Assembly (NCBI GenBank): GCA_003514005.1
Contig: DOSJ01000006.1
Span: forward strand, 2,281 to 66,280
Length of the DNA stretch: 64,000 nucleotides
Direction of reading: 5' to 3'
From: Candidatus Falkowbacteria bacterium
Lineage (GTDB): Bacteria > Patescibacteriota > Patescibacteriia > Patescibacteriales > UBA12075
The notes beneath the pieces are model-generated. The model had not been told where the DNA came from, did not search any database, and worked only from the letters and a program-made list of their open reading frames with translations. This document shows positions 50,707 to 60,277 of the stretch, piece by piece. A program made the position numbers and the translations under genes. Each line of letters starts with the position of its first letter. Position 1 is the stretch's first letter.

Positions 50707-51168
50707 TTATTTTATTTTTTTCGCTTTGTCTATAAACAAGATTCCATCCAGATGGTCAATCTCATGCTGAAAAACGCGCGCCATTAAACCGCTCACTTCA
50801 ATGCTTTGCGGAGCACCTTCTTTGTCTGTATAATTACAAATAATCGTTTTACTTCTTTTTACCTGGCCAAAAACGCCAGGCACGGATAAACAACCTTCTT
50901 CACCCCATTCTTTTGTCCAGGAAAATTTCACAATTTCTGGATTAAAAATATGGAGGGGACCGCTTTTTGTATTAACGACTGCTAGACGGATATTTTTTCC
51001 GATTTGAGGCGCGGCTAAACCAACTCCGTCTTTTTCCAACATAGTCAAAGTCATATCTTCGCAAAGTTTCTTCATTTCCAACTTTAAAATATCCGTTTTT
51101 TTAATAACAACGGATTTTTCACGCAAAATCTCATTCGGATGAGTAATAATATTTAATAATTTCGGCAT
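50707..51168 (-). CDS. def: peptide deformylase
   Basis: GVGLAAPQIG, EGCLSVP, QHEIDHLDG. Confidence 0.96.
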   Translation of the reverse strand: MPKLLNIITHPNEILREKSVVIKKTDILKLEMKKLCEDMTLTMLEKDGVGLAAPQIGKNIRLAVVNTKSGPLHIFNPEIVKFSWTKEWGEEGCLSVPGVFGQVKRSKTIICNYTDKEGAPQSIEVSGLMARVFQHEIDHLDGILFIDKAKKIK

Positions 51169-51307
51169 ATTCGTCTAATCAATACATTTGTCATATTAAC
51201 GCATATTTACAAAAAAATCAAGAATCGAAATTGTATATTTAAAAATCAATAATAATTTGCTATAATATAAATATCAATAATATAGCGTATAGCCACGCAT
51301 GTAAAAT

Positions 51308-52324
51308 ATGGAAGAAAAAATTCAAATTCTTTGGCAATCTTTAAAAGAAAAAGGCGCAACCAATAGCGAGTTTTGCGAACTTATCAAAAATATTCCAGAA
51401 TTAAGGGAAGAAGCTTGGCAGGAATTGAAAAAGAAAAATCCAAGTAACAATGACTTGCGTTTTCTAATAGAGCATGTGCCATCAATGCTTACCGTATTAT
51501 GGACCGAACTTAAGAAACGCAATATCTCGAATTATGAGCTCAAAAATATTATAGAATATGTTGAACCTCTGCGCAAAGAAGCTTGGAAATTATTACAAAA
51601 ACAAAAGCCAACGAATTTTGAACTTAGGGATATTGCCCGCTATGTTGATGTTTTACGTCATGACGCTTGGAAAATATTGCGCAAAAATAACCCAAGTGAA
51701 AATGATCTGCTATATATCATAAAATTTGTTGAATCCTTGCGCCATGATGCTTGGAAATCTCTTTCAAAAATCAAACCAGACATATCCAGCTTGATTTACA
51801 TCATGAAATACGTTCCGGAATTACGGAAAGATGCTTGGCTTATGGTAATAAAATTAAAAAAATCCAGTGAGGTTGTCGCAAAAGTTATCAAAGAAGTTCC
51901 AGAGCTTCGCGAAGAAGCCTGGAATAGATTAATCAAGCAAGATCCTGATACTGATAATTTATGCATGATCATGAAAAATGTTCCCGAGCTCCGCGAAGAA
52001 GCTTGGAAAAAACTTTGCGACCGAGGGTGCATGAATGTAGATCTGCGATTTATAATCAAAAACATCGAGGAGTTGCGCGATGTTGCCTGGAAAAAATTGC
52101 TTGAGCAAGGCGCAAGCAATGATGATTACTGTTTTATCATCAAAGACGTAAAAGGCTTGCGAGTCCAAGCCTGGGAAAGATTTATAAAAAACAATCCAAC
52201 TAATGAAGAGATTGATTTCATAATAAAATATATACCCACCATGAAAGAATACGCGCAAAAATTCAAAAATGAGGACAAAAATTCAATCTTAAAAGAAATT
52301 ATAAAAAATTATGGACAACAATGA
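51308..52324 (+). CDS. alpha-solenoid protein of ungapped 28-aa tandem repeats
   Basis: 11 x 28 aa plus a 30-aa tail = 338 aa; consensus VPELRxxAWxxLxKxNPSNxDLxFIIKY; TG-c-TATAAT promoter at 51258-51266. Confidence 0.85.
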   Translation: MEEKIQILWQSLKEKGATNSEFCELIKNIPELREEAWQELKKKNPSNNDLRFLIEHVPSMLTVLWTELKKRNISNYELKNIIEYVEPLRKEAWKLLQKQKPTNFELRDIARYVDVLRHDAWKILRKNNPSENDLLYIIKFVESLRHDAWKSLSKIKPDISSLIYIMKYVPELRKDAWLMVIKLKKSSEVVAKVIKEVPELREEAWNRLIKQDPDTDNLCMIMKNVPELREEAWKKLCDRGCMNVDLRFIIKNIEELRDVAWKKLLEQGASNDDYCFIIKDVKGLRVQAWERFIKNNPTNEEIDFIIKYIPTMKEYAQKFKNEDKNSILKEIIKNYGQQ

Positions 52325-52580
52325 CAGCTTTAAAAAAATCGGCGATCTGTTCAGCACTAAAATAATAAAAAAAGCTCCTGCCTATCAATGGCAAGAGTTG
52401 GCTTTAAGAATAATTAAAGATTTAAATATACCTGATACTAAAAAAAGTTCAGTATTCAAGGCATGCCGGGAAAATCCGAAAAACTTTGTTGAACAATGCC
52501 TGAACGATACAAAAGAGCTTTGTAAAACCGGAGAAAAATGGAAATATTTTTTTAAGATTATTAATCAGCCTAAAGTATAA
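52311..52580 (+). CDS. small hypothetical protein
   Basis: 89 aa, overlaps the repeat-gene stop by 14 nt. Confidence 0.65.
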   Translation: MDNNDSFKKIGDLFSTKIIKKAPAYQWQELALRIIKDLNIPDTKKSSVFKACRENPKNFVEQCLNDTKELCKTGEKWKYFFKIINQPKV

Positions 52581-52618
52581 ACACAAAAGTAACGAATAAT
52601 TACGAAAATCACGAAAAT
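52581..52618. repeat. CGAA periodic element, right arm only
   Basis: ACACAAAAGTAACGAATAATTACGAAAATCACGAAAAT, 9-10-9 spacing. Confidence 0.6.
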
Positions 52619-52629
52619 TTTTAATATCT

Positions 52630-53421
52630 TTACATTATATTATAGTCCATTACTAAATAACCCACGCCGAATGGCGCTTCGTAGGACATGAGTTTTGGCT
52701 GGCAGTTAATATCATTAAAAATACCTGCCAAAACCATAAATGAACGCAGGCCGCATTCACCGACTTCGTTTAACAAGTTATTATCAATATTTATAATATC
52801 CTCTATTTTTCGTTCAAGTAGTAAAGTGCTAATTTTTTTATCAAACTTTTTCGCTTTTGGCGAATAACCGGCCGGTGCGTCTTTGCTTAAACGATGTGAC
52901 ATTTCGCCGGAAGCAATAATGGCGATATTTTTTTTGTCATTAATAATTTTCTTTTGCAGTTTTTTACCCAAATCAAAATGTTCTTGCAGGGACAGGGATG
53001 AACTGCTTAGCGGAATTATTTTAAGAATAGCCATCTGTTCGCTGAGCAATGTAAGTGGCACTGAAGTGCCATGATCAAGAAGCTCATTGCTTACAAGCTG
53101 CAATGGTGTATTCGCCTCCAAATCTTCTCTGATTTTATAAGCAAGACCAACATCAACCGGCCAATTTTTTTTTGTAGAAAAATCGCCAAAATCTTTAAAA
53201 TCCGAACTGGTTATCGGATTTAAATTAATAGTAAAAATATCCGGGTTGACCATGCTATGCGGGGAAATTATTAATATTGTATCAACTTTTTTCTCAATCA
53301 ATCGTTCGGTAACTTTTTTGTACGACAAAATAGTTGCCTTAAGCAAGTCTCGATTACTTTTTCCAATACTGGGAATAAGCAAAGGTGAGTGGGGGACAAT
53401 AGCACCAAAAACTAGAGACAT
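52630..53421 (-). CDS. AmmeMemoRadiSam protein B / MEMO1-LigB-like protein
   Basis: VPHSPLLIP, ISPH, LDHG..VPL, ASGEMSH, ECG, YEAPFGVGY. Confidence 0.8.
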   Translation of the reverse strand: MSLVFGAIVPHSPLLIPSIGKSNRDLLKATILSYKKVTERLIEKKVDTILIISPHSMVNPDIFTINLNPITSSDFKDFGDFSTKKNWPVDVGLAYKIREDLEANTPLQLVSNELLDHGTSVPLTLLSEQMAILKIIPLSSSSLSLQEHFDLGKKLQKKIINDKKNIAIIASGEMSHRLSKDAPAGYSPKAKKFDKKISTLLLERKIEDIINIDNNLLNEVGECGLRSFMVLAGIFNDINCQPKLMSYEAPFGVGYLVMDYNIM

Positions 53422-53425
53422 ATTT

Positions 53426-55006
53426 TTATGGATTTAAAACGCTGTTTATTTCATCAGTCAAGACTGCTCCAGGGGTGCTTGTTGGGATAATCGGATCAGT
53501 AGTGCTCGCAATCGTGCTTGGAGTTGAAGATGCTTGTTCCTGCTCGGTGTCAATCTCGCTCTCAATATAAATATCACTTAAAGGCTCTCCGTCGCCGTAA
53601 AGATCAAGAATTTTTGTTGGTACCGTAATTACGTTTTTCCAAGAATAACCCAAATCTTCAAAAATCTTACCAGAAGTAATCGGCCGTTTTTTCTTGTTAT
53701 CAATAACATAAACAGCAGGGGACACGTTTGACTTTAACAATTCACCGTCGTTGAATATGGCTGGCTCTACGGTTTTATAACTTGCCAGTTTTTCCGGAGT
53801 TTCCTTGGTAATCGATTTCCATTTGAATTTTGTACTTAGCAACGACCTATCCCACAAAGGCGCTTTTGTGCCTTCAGTAACATAGTAAACACCTCCGCTA
53901 ACGCTGTCTTGTAATAAGGCGCCGGTAGGAAAGGATGATGTCGCAGTAATTGGCAATCCGTCTGCGTAAGCGTTTATATCTTCCCAACTTGCACTTACGA
54001 CTTCTTCCGGATTAAAACCGATTTTTCGGAATGCTTCGGTGCTGTCTATGCCACGCTTTGTGTCATCAACAAGCAAGTAGACTGTACCGGCCGGGCTTTG
54101 GATTAGTGAATACTGCGCAAACTTTATCGGAGCGCCTTTGGTGTATTTATCAAGCACGCTTTTGCTTACTTGAACTACCTTGTTCAAATCATAGCGACTG
54201 GTCAGGGCACCTTTTGATAAAAACGGACGTTTAACTCCGTTTTGAATAAGCCAAACTCCTGGTTCGCCTTTTACCTGAAGCAAGGTATTGTTTGGATAGC
54301 TAAAAGTGAAATAGCGCATCCAAAGATTATGAAAATTAAAATTCCCATTATAAACATGCGGCGTATAGTTATACAATCCCGCCGTGGCATTATTCGCCGG
54401 GGTTACAACTGAAGCTGGTCTACCGGTATTTGAAATCGTATATGTTTGTCCGGCGCGAAAACCGTAATTATTTGGATTTTTTATATAATCAAAAAATTGC
54501 AAAGACGCTGAATTAACCTGTCTGCCAAATCCGCGCCAGCGGTCATTACAACCGCCACCATCAGGACAGCCGTAACCGGTTGCCCAATCTAATTGGCTTT
54601 GACTTGGCTCTTTGTCTGTAATCAAGCTTTGCTCTTTTTGTAATAATACGATTAAAAATTTGGGGTTAATGCTTACTTTTTGGCACTTTGCTTCTTTGAC
54701 GGAAATAGGCGCCGTTGCCTCAACATCCGTGCCTCCGCAATCGTAATTGTTTGCCGCATCATAAATAATCTGCGCCGCGGTTTTTTGCTGTCCAGCATAG
54801 TTCGGAAAATTGTTTTTGGAAATATAGCCGCCTTGATTGCGTAAAAAAACCTCGATATCAGCCAATGTCATAGAGTTGGAATCAAGCATTTCCTGGTCGC
54901 TGATAATATTATTCGGATCAAAATTTGCAGCAAACACGGTGCTTGTTACTAAAAAACCGGCTAATAATACAATAATACAAAACAACTTTTTAAACATATT
55001 TTTCAT
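53426..55006 (-). CDS. secreted protein with putative lysozyme-like domain and four ~58-aa C-terminal repeats
   Basis: signal peptide; LLQKEQSL, GYGCPD, ATAGLYNYTPH; repeats of type LL..xx.V(Y/W)LI..G.KRP. Confidence 0.65.
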   Translation of the reverse strand: MKNMFKKLFCIIVLLAGFLVTSTVFAANFDPNNIISDQEMLDSNSMTLADIEVFLRNQGGYISKNNFPNYAGQQKTAAQIIYDAANNYDCGGTDVEATAPISVKEAKCQKVSINPKFLIVLLQKEQSLITDKEPSQSQLDWATGYGCPDGGGCNDRWRGFGRQVNSASLQFFDYIKNPNNYGFRAGQTYTISNTGRPASVVTPANNATAGLYNYTPHVYNGNFNFHNLWMRYFTFSYPNNTLLQVKGEPGVWLIQNGVKRPFLSKGALTSRYDLNKVVQVSKSVLDKYTKGAPIKFAQYSLIQSPAGTVYLLVDDTKRGIDSTEAFRKIGFNPEEVVSASWEDINAYADGLPITATSSFPTGALLQDSVSGGVYYVTEGTKAPLWDRSLLSTKFKWKSITKETPEKLASYKTVEPAIFNDGELLKSNVSPAVYVIDNKKKRPITSGKIFEDLGYSWKNVITVPTKILDLYGDGEPLSDIYIESEIDTEQEQASSTPSTIASTTDPIIPTSTPGAVLTDEINSVLNP

Positions 55007-55126
55007 AATTTTTCACCTTGCAGTAATTGCGATTGCGCAACATGAACAAATTTAATTATTTATTTTACCTTTTTATTATATAATATTTTTCAATTTTATG
55101 GAATAGCAAGAGATACCGCGCCAAAC

Positions 55127-55160
55127 AAAAAGACCATAGCATCTGCTTATGGTCTTTTTA
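55127..55160. terminator. terminator after clpB
   Basis: AAAAAGACCATA...TATGGTCTTTTT. Confidence 0.7.
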
Positions 55161-55181
55161 GATTTTTTTGGAATAATTGTC

Positions 55182-57809
55182 CTATTTTACGGTTACCAAC
55201 AATTGGTCTTTGATCCCTAAATCAATCGTTACTTTATGTCCGTCCTTGATTTTACCTTCGATAATTTCCAGAGCCAATTCATCCAATATCATATTTTGAA
55301 TTATACGTTTTAACGGACGGGCGCCGAATGTCGTATCAAATCCTTTGTCCGCCAGCATCCGTTTGACTTTATTGCCAATATTTAATTTTATGTTCTTATC
55401 CTTGAGGCGTTTTTCCAGTTTGTCTAATTCAAGGTCGATTATTTTAAGCAAAGTCTGCTTATTTAAACTCTTGAAAATGACAATTTCGTCAATGCGATTT
55501 AAAAATTCCAATTTAAAATTTTCTTTCAAGATTTTGTCGATTTTATCTTTCATCTCATCTGTCTGTATTTTTTCAGCATCAACCAGATTACTGCCATCAC
55601 TGAAACCGATCGAGTACTGTTTGATTACTTCGTTACCCAGATTTGATGTCATAATGATTATGGAATTTTTAAAATTTACAACTCGGCCTTTGGAATCTGT
55701 CAAACGTCCATCGTCTAGAATCTGAAGCAAGATATTGAAAACCTCGGGATGTGCCTTTTCGATTTCATCAAAAAGAATTACGCTGTACGGACGACGTCTG
55801 ACTTTTTCCGTTAATTGTCCGCCTTCCTCATGCCCGATGTAGCCGGGAGGGGAGCCGATTATTTTGGCAACGCTATGCTTTTCCATAAATTCGCTCATAT
55901 CCAAACGGACCAGGGAGCTTTCATCATTAAACATGAATTCCGCCAAAGCTTTTGCAAGTTCGGTTTTACCTACGCCTGTCGGACCGACAAAAAGGAATGA
56001 TCCAATCGGCTTATGTTCTTCGGATATGCCGGCACGTGAACGCCTGATCGCGTTGGATACGGACTTAATGGCTCCTTCCTGACCTTTGACGCGCTTATTC
56101 AATTCGATTTCCGCTTTGCCGAGTTTTTTGACTTCCGGTTCAAGCATCTTGGATACGGGAACGCCTGTCCAGCGGGCAACAACCTTTGCAATATCCTCAC
56201 TATCAATTTCTTCTTTCAAAATTCTTTGGCCATTTTTTTGAATATTCAACAGATCTTGCTCATACTTCTTTACTGCTTTTTCAAGCAATGGAATTTTTGA
56301 ATAACGGATTTCAGCAACCTCAGCCAAGTCTTCGCCATGGCGCTCAACGATTTCCGCGCGCGCTTTCAATTCATCGATCTTTTTCTTTTTTGCACTGATA
56401 TTGGATATGATCTCCATTTCGTTTTTCCAGTGCAGTTCCAGTTGATTCGCTTTTTCATTTAATTCTTCAATGTGTTTATTTAGTATTTTTAATTTATGGT
56501 TATTGGTTTTTTCTCGCAATAAACCAGCTTTTTCAATTTTCAAGCGTTGGATCTCGCGTTTCAATTTATCCAAATCCTCGGGCATGGAATCAATCTCCAT
56601 GCGCAAAGCGCTTGTCGCTTCATCGATCAAATCAACCGCTTTGTCAGGCAAAAAACGGTCAGTAATATAGCGGGAAGAAAGCTTCGCGGCCGCAATCAAA
56701 GCATCGTCGGTAATACGCACGCCGTGATGAACTTCATATTTTTCTTTTATACCGCGTAAAATCGTGATTGTATCTTCGATACTCGGTTCGGAAACAAAAA
56801 TCGGCTGAAAACGTCTTTCTAGTGCGGCATCGCGTTCGATATATTTCTGATATTCTTTTACGGTTGTAGCGCCGATTGTCCTTAGCTCTCCACGCGCCAA
56901 TGCCGGTTTCAACATATTCGAGGCATCCATAGCGCCTTCCGAGGCGCCAACACCCACGATAGTATGCAATTCGTCGATAAATAGAATTATTTTTCCAGCT
57001 TGGGATTTTATCTCTTTTAAAAACGCTTTTAGACGATCTTCAAACTCACCGCGAAATTTCGCGCCGGCCACCATCGCCCCCAGATCAAGACTAATCAACT
57101 CTTTATTTTTTAAAGTTTCGGGCACATCACCTTCGACGATTCTTTGTGCCAGCCCTTCAACTATCGCGGTCTTGCCTGTCCCGGCTTCGCCGATTACTAC
57201 CGGATTGTTTTTTGTACGGCGGGAAATAATCTGCATTATACGGCGGATTTCCTCATCGCGACCGATAACCGGATCAAGTTTTTTCTGCCTCGCCAATTCA
57301 GTCAGGTTTATGGAATATTTTTCCAAGACCTTATGTTTCATTTCCGGATCAGGGCTGTCAATTTTTTGCGCGCCACGCAATTCAGCAAGCAGTTTTAAAA
57401 CTATTTCATAGTTGATACCCAAATGCAAAAGTATTTTCTGCGCTTCGGATTTTATGCCGATCAAGGCCAAGAGGATATGCTCGGTAGAGATAAACTCATC
57501 GCCCATCCTGTCGGCTTCTTTTTTGGCTTGTTCCAAAACCATAGCCACTTCGGCCGTACCCTGAACCGCACCCACGGATGCGGATGTTTTTGTTTTTGGC
57601 AGTTTTTCAATCATATCAAAAACCATATTTTCCATCTCTTCGGGCGCAACTTTCAGTTTTTCCAATATCGGCTTAACCAAACCTTCGCTTTGTGTAAGCA
57701 AAGCCGCCAAAACATGCAAACCGTCTATTTGCTGTTGTCCATTGTCTTGTGCGATTATTTGAGCGTTAATTATTGCTTCTTGTGATTTATTTGTAAATTT
57801 ATTAAACAT
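55182..57809 (-). CDS. clpB: ATP-dependent chaperone ClpB
   Basis: two AAA+ modules ([17 protein letters not shown]), long middle coiled coil, no ClpP-binding LGF context needed. Confidence 0.92.
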   Translation of the reverse strand: MFNKFTNKSQEAIINAQIIAQDNGQQQIDGLHVLAALLTQSEGLVKPILEKLKVAPEEMENMVFDMIEKLPKTKTSASVGAVQGTAEVAMVLEQAKKEADRMGDEFISTEHILLALIGIKSEAQKILLHLGINYEIVLKLLAELRGAQKIDSPDPEMKHKVLEKYSINLTELARQKKLDPVIGRDEEIRRIMQIISRRTKNNPVVIGEAGTGKTAIVEGLAQRIVEGDVPETLKNKELISLDLGAMVAGAKFRGEFEDRLKAFLKEIKSQAGKIILFIDELHTIVGVGASEGAMDASNMLKPALARGELRTIGATTVKEYQKYIERDAALERRFQPIFVSEPSIEDTITILRGIKEKYEVHHGVRITDDALIAAAKLSSRYITDRFLPDKAVDLIDEATSALRMEIDSMPEDLDKLKREIQRLKIEKAGLLREKTNNHKLKILNKHIEELNEKANQLELHWKNEMEIISNISAKKKKIDELKARAEIVERHGEDLAEVAEIRYSKIPLLEKAVKKYEQDLLNIQKNGQRILKEEIDSEDIAKVVARWTGVPVSKMLEPEVKKLGKAEIELNKRVKGQEGAIKSVSNAIRRSRAGISEEHKPIGSFLFVGPTGVGKTELAKALAEFMFNDESSLVRLDMSEFMEKHSVAKIIGSPPGYIGHEEGGQLTEKVRRRPYSVILFDEIEKAHPEVFNILLQILDDGRLTDSKGRVVNFKNSIIIMTSNLGNEVIKQYSIGFSDGSNLVDAEKIQTDEMKDKIDKILKENFKLEFLNRIDEIVIFKSLNKQTLLKIIDLELDKLEKRLKDKNIKLNIGNKVKRMLADKGFDTTFGARPLKRIIQNMILDELALEIIEGKIKDGHKVTIDLGIKDQLLVTVK

Positions 57810-57849
57810 GATTTAATTGATTAGTAATTATTTATTTTGATAAAAACTG

Positions 57850-57876
57850 TTAGCACTCACTGAATTAGAGTGCTAA
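57850..57876. promoter_or_regulatory. CIRCE element (HrcA operator) upstream of clpB
   Basis: TTAGCACTC-N9-GAGTGCTAA, perfect consensus. Confidence 0.95.
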
Positions 57877-57881
57877 TTATT

Positions 57882-57910
57882 ACTATAATAGATAGTGTCA
57901 TTAATGTCAA
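57882..57910 (-). promoter_or_regulatory. clpB promoter
   Basis: minus-strand TTGACA-N17-TATAGT immediately upstream of CIRCE. Confidence 0.75.
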
Positions 57911-57921
57911 GATATTGTTTT

Positions 57922-58938
57922 TTATTCAATTATATCAAGACTTCGATCGCAATAAACACAGCGTCCATTATTATCAAATCTTTCAATATTATAACCAAGA
58001 CGCCGAATCGCCAATTCATCGCATTTTGGGCAATAGGTATTTTCTTTTTGGTCTCCCGGAATATTGCCGACATAAACGTATTTAAGACCCGCGTCCTTGC
58101 CGATTTCATAAGCCTGATAAATACTATCTTCACCGGTTATCGGCAGATTTTTTAATTTCCAAGAAAGATCAGGATAAAACTTTGCCAAATGCCAAGGCGT
58201 ATCCGCATCCAATTCAACCGCGATAAATTCCGCTAATTCACAAAGCATATCGCTATCATCCGACAATGTCGGAATAATATGGGTGCTTATTTCCAAGTGT
58301 ACTTGCTCTTGTTTTAAGATTTTCAAATTTTCTAAAACCGGTTTCAATTTGGCAGAACAATTGTGCTGATAAAAATCCGTATCCATTGATTTCAAGTCAA
58401 CATTAACCGCGTCCAAATAGGGGAGAATGGCAGAGAGACAATCTTTACTCATAAATCCGTTTGATACCCAGATATTTTTAAGTCCGTTAGCATGGGCTAA
58501 ACGCATAATGTCCAGAGCGTATTCGCAATTTACGGTCGGTTCAGATTTTAAGTAAGCGACTGATTGGCAATCATTGCCGATTGCTTCTTCGATTATTCTT
58601 TCCGGCATGACAAAATCGGCTTTTTCCACTCTTTCATTAATGTTTTCCATTTGGCTAATGCTATAATTTTGGCAATTATCGCATTTAAAATTGCAACCGA
58701 AATTTCCCAAAGAATAGGTAAGGGATCCAGGCATAAAATGAAACAAGGGTATCTTTTCAACCGGATCAATATTTTGCATGACAGGATAACCGTAATTAAA
58801 AGAATATAGTTTTCCGCCCTTATTAACGCGTACATTGCAAATACCTGGTTGGTTTTCGTTAATTAGACAATTGTGTCCGCAAAGAAAACATTTAACGCTA
58901 TTATTTTTCTCTGCTTTATAAAAACGTGCTTCTTTCAT
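57922..58938 (-). CDS. amrS: AmmeMemoRadiSam system radical SAM enzyme
   Basis: N-terminal CxxCxxxC, GCNFKCDNCQN SAM cluster motif, YVYVGN..G...NTYCPKC; start at MKEARFY. Confidence 0.85.
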   Translation of the reverse strand: MKEARFYKAEKNNSVKCFLCGHNCLINENQPGICNVRVNKGGKLYSFNYGYPVMQNIDPVEKIPLFHFMPGSLTYSLGNFGCNFKCDNCQNYSISQMENINERVEKADFVMPERIIEEAIGNDCQSVAYLKSEPTVNCEYALDIMRLAHANGLKNIWVSNGFMSKDCLSAILPYLDAVNVDLKSMDTDFYQHNCSAKLKPVLENLKILKQEQVHLEISTHIIPTLSDDSDMLCELAEFIAVELDADTPWHLAKFYPDLSWKLKNLPITGEDSIYQAYEIGKDAGLKYVYVGNIPGDQKENTYCPKCDELAIRRLGYNIERFDNNGRCVYCDRSLDIIE

Positions 58939-59045
58939 ATGAAAATTTTTAGAATCCCTCATTATTACTAAAATTATCATAATTCATTGCAGAGTGCAAG
59001 AAATTCTACTATAATTAAATTAAATTATCAAAATAATACATTAAC

Positions 59046-60257
59046 ATGCAAAATAAAATAAATATTTTAGGCATAAATATTGACAATATAAGTAAAAACG
59101 ATTTAAAAGATAGTATTTCCAGCTTATTAAATAGTTCTTCTTTTCAGTATATTGTTACGCCCAATCCCGAAATTATTTTAAAGGCAATCACTGATGAAGA
59201 ATATTTTTATATTATCAACAATGCAAGTTTAGCACCGGCTGACGGCATTGGTCTAAAATTTGCCGCTTTAGTAACGGGCAATATTATTCCCAGAATCACC
59301 GGTGTTGAGATTACTGACGAATTATTAAACATCTGCAATCATTTGCAAAAAAAGGTATTGATAGTAAACTGGAAAGATGGTTTGTCAAGCGATATCGATA
59401 TACAAACCGCTTTAAATAAAAAATACCAGGATTTAAACTTTTTTGTTCACAGCATGCCCAGGGAAAGGGATAATTGGAAAAGTATTTTGAATCAAACAGA
59501 AATATTAAAATACGAACCCGATGTAGTGTTTTGTTTATTCGGTGCTCCATACCAAGAAAAGTTTATTTATCATATTGCAAAAAAAATTCCAAATGTTAAA
59601 CTAGCGATTGGCGTTGGCGGAGCGTTTGACTTTTTTACAAACAAGATTAAACGCGCGCCTGGTATTTTTCGCATCATTGGTCTGGAATGGTTATGGCGAC
59701 TTATCAAACAACCGAAAAGATGGAAAAGAATTTATAATGCAGTAGTAGTTTTTCCTTTTAAATTTTTACGATGGCAATTTATTCTTCCTTTGTTTTATAG
59801 AAAAAATGTCGCCTGCTTAATTTATAAAAAAGAAAACAACAAAAGATTTGTCTTGCTTGTTGAGAGAGAGGATTGCGAAGACTACTGGCAATTACCGCAA
59901 GGAGGAACAGATGGTGAAAAAATAGAAACAGCAGGACAAAGGGAGCTGTTCGAAGAATTAAACAGTTCCAAATTTAAATTTGTGTGTGCGTATAAAAATC
60001 AATATAAATATAAGTTTGGGCAAAGAAACGAAGATAGTGAATATATTAAAATAGTAAAAAAACATCTTGGCTATAAAGGGCAAAGCCAAAGTCTATACAT
60101 CGCCGAATTCACCGGCAAGGATACAGATATAAGAATAAATTTTTGGGAACACACAAACTGGAAATGGGTTCCGGAAGAAAACGTTTTGAACACAGTTCAT
60201 GATTGTCGAAAAAAAGCTATGAATATATATTTAAATATTTTTTCTAAAATTAAATAA
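59046..60257 (+). CDS. WecB/TagA/CpsF glycosyltransferase fused to a NUDIX hydrolase
   Basis: VTPNPE, DGIG, GAPYQE, GVGGAFDF, GLEWLWRL; then WQLPQGG..GE....AGQRELFEE. Confidence 0.85.
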   Translation: MQNKINILGINIDNISKNDLKDSISSLLNSSSFQYIVTPNPEIILKAITDEEYFYIINNASLAPADGIGLKFAALVTGNIIPRITGVEITDELLNICNHLQKKVLIVNWKDGLSSDIDIQTALNKKYQDLNFFVHSMPRERDNWKSILNQTEILKYEPDVVFCLFGAPYQEKFIYHIAKKIPNVKLAIGVGGAFDFFTNKIKRAPGIFRIIGLEWLWRLIKQPKRWKRIYNAVVVFPFKFLRWQFILPLFYRKNVACLIYKKENNKRFVLLVEREDCEDYWQLPQGGTDGEKIETAGQRELFEELNSSKFKFVCAYKNQYKYKFGQRNEDSEYIKIVKKHLGYKGQSQSLYIAEFTGKDTDIRINFWEHTNWKWVPEENVLNTVHDCRKKAMNIYLNIFSKIK

Positions 60258-60277
60258 TATTTAAAAACGATAACTAT

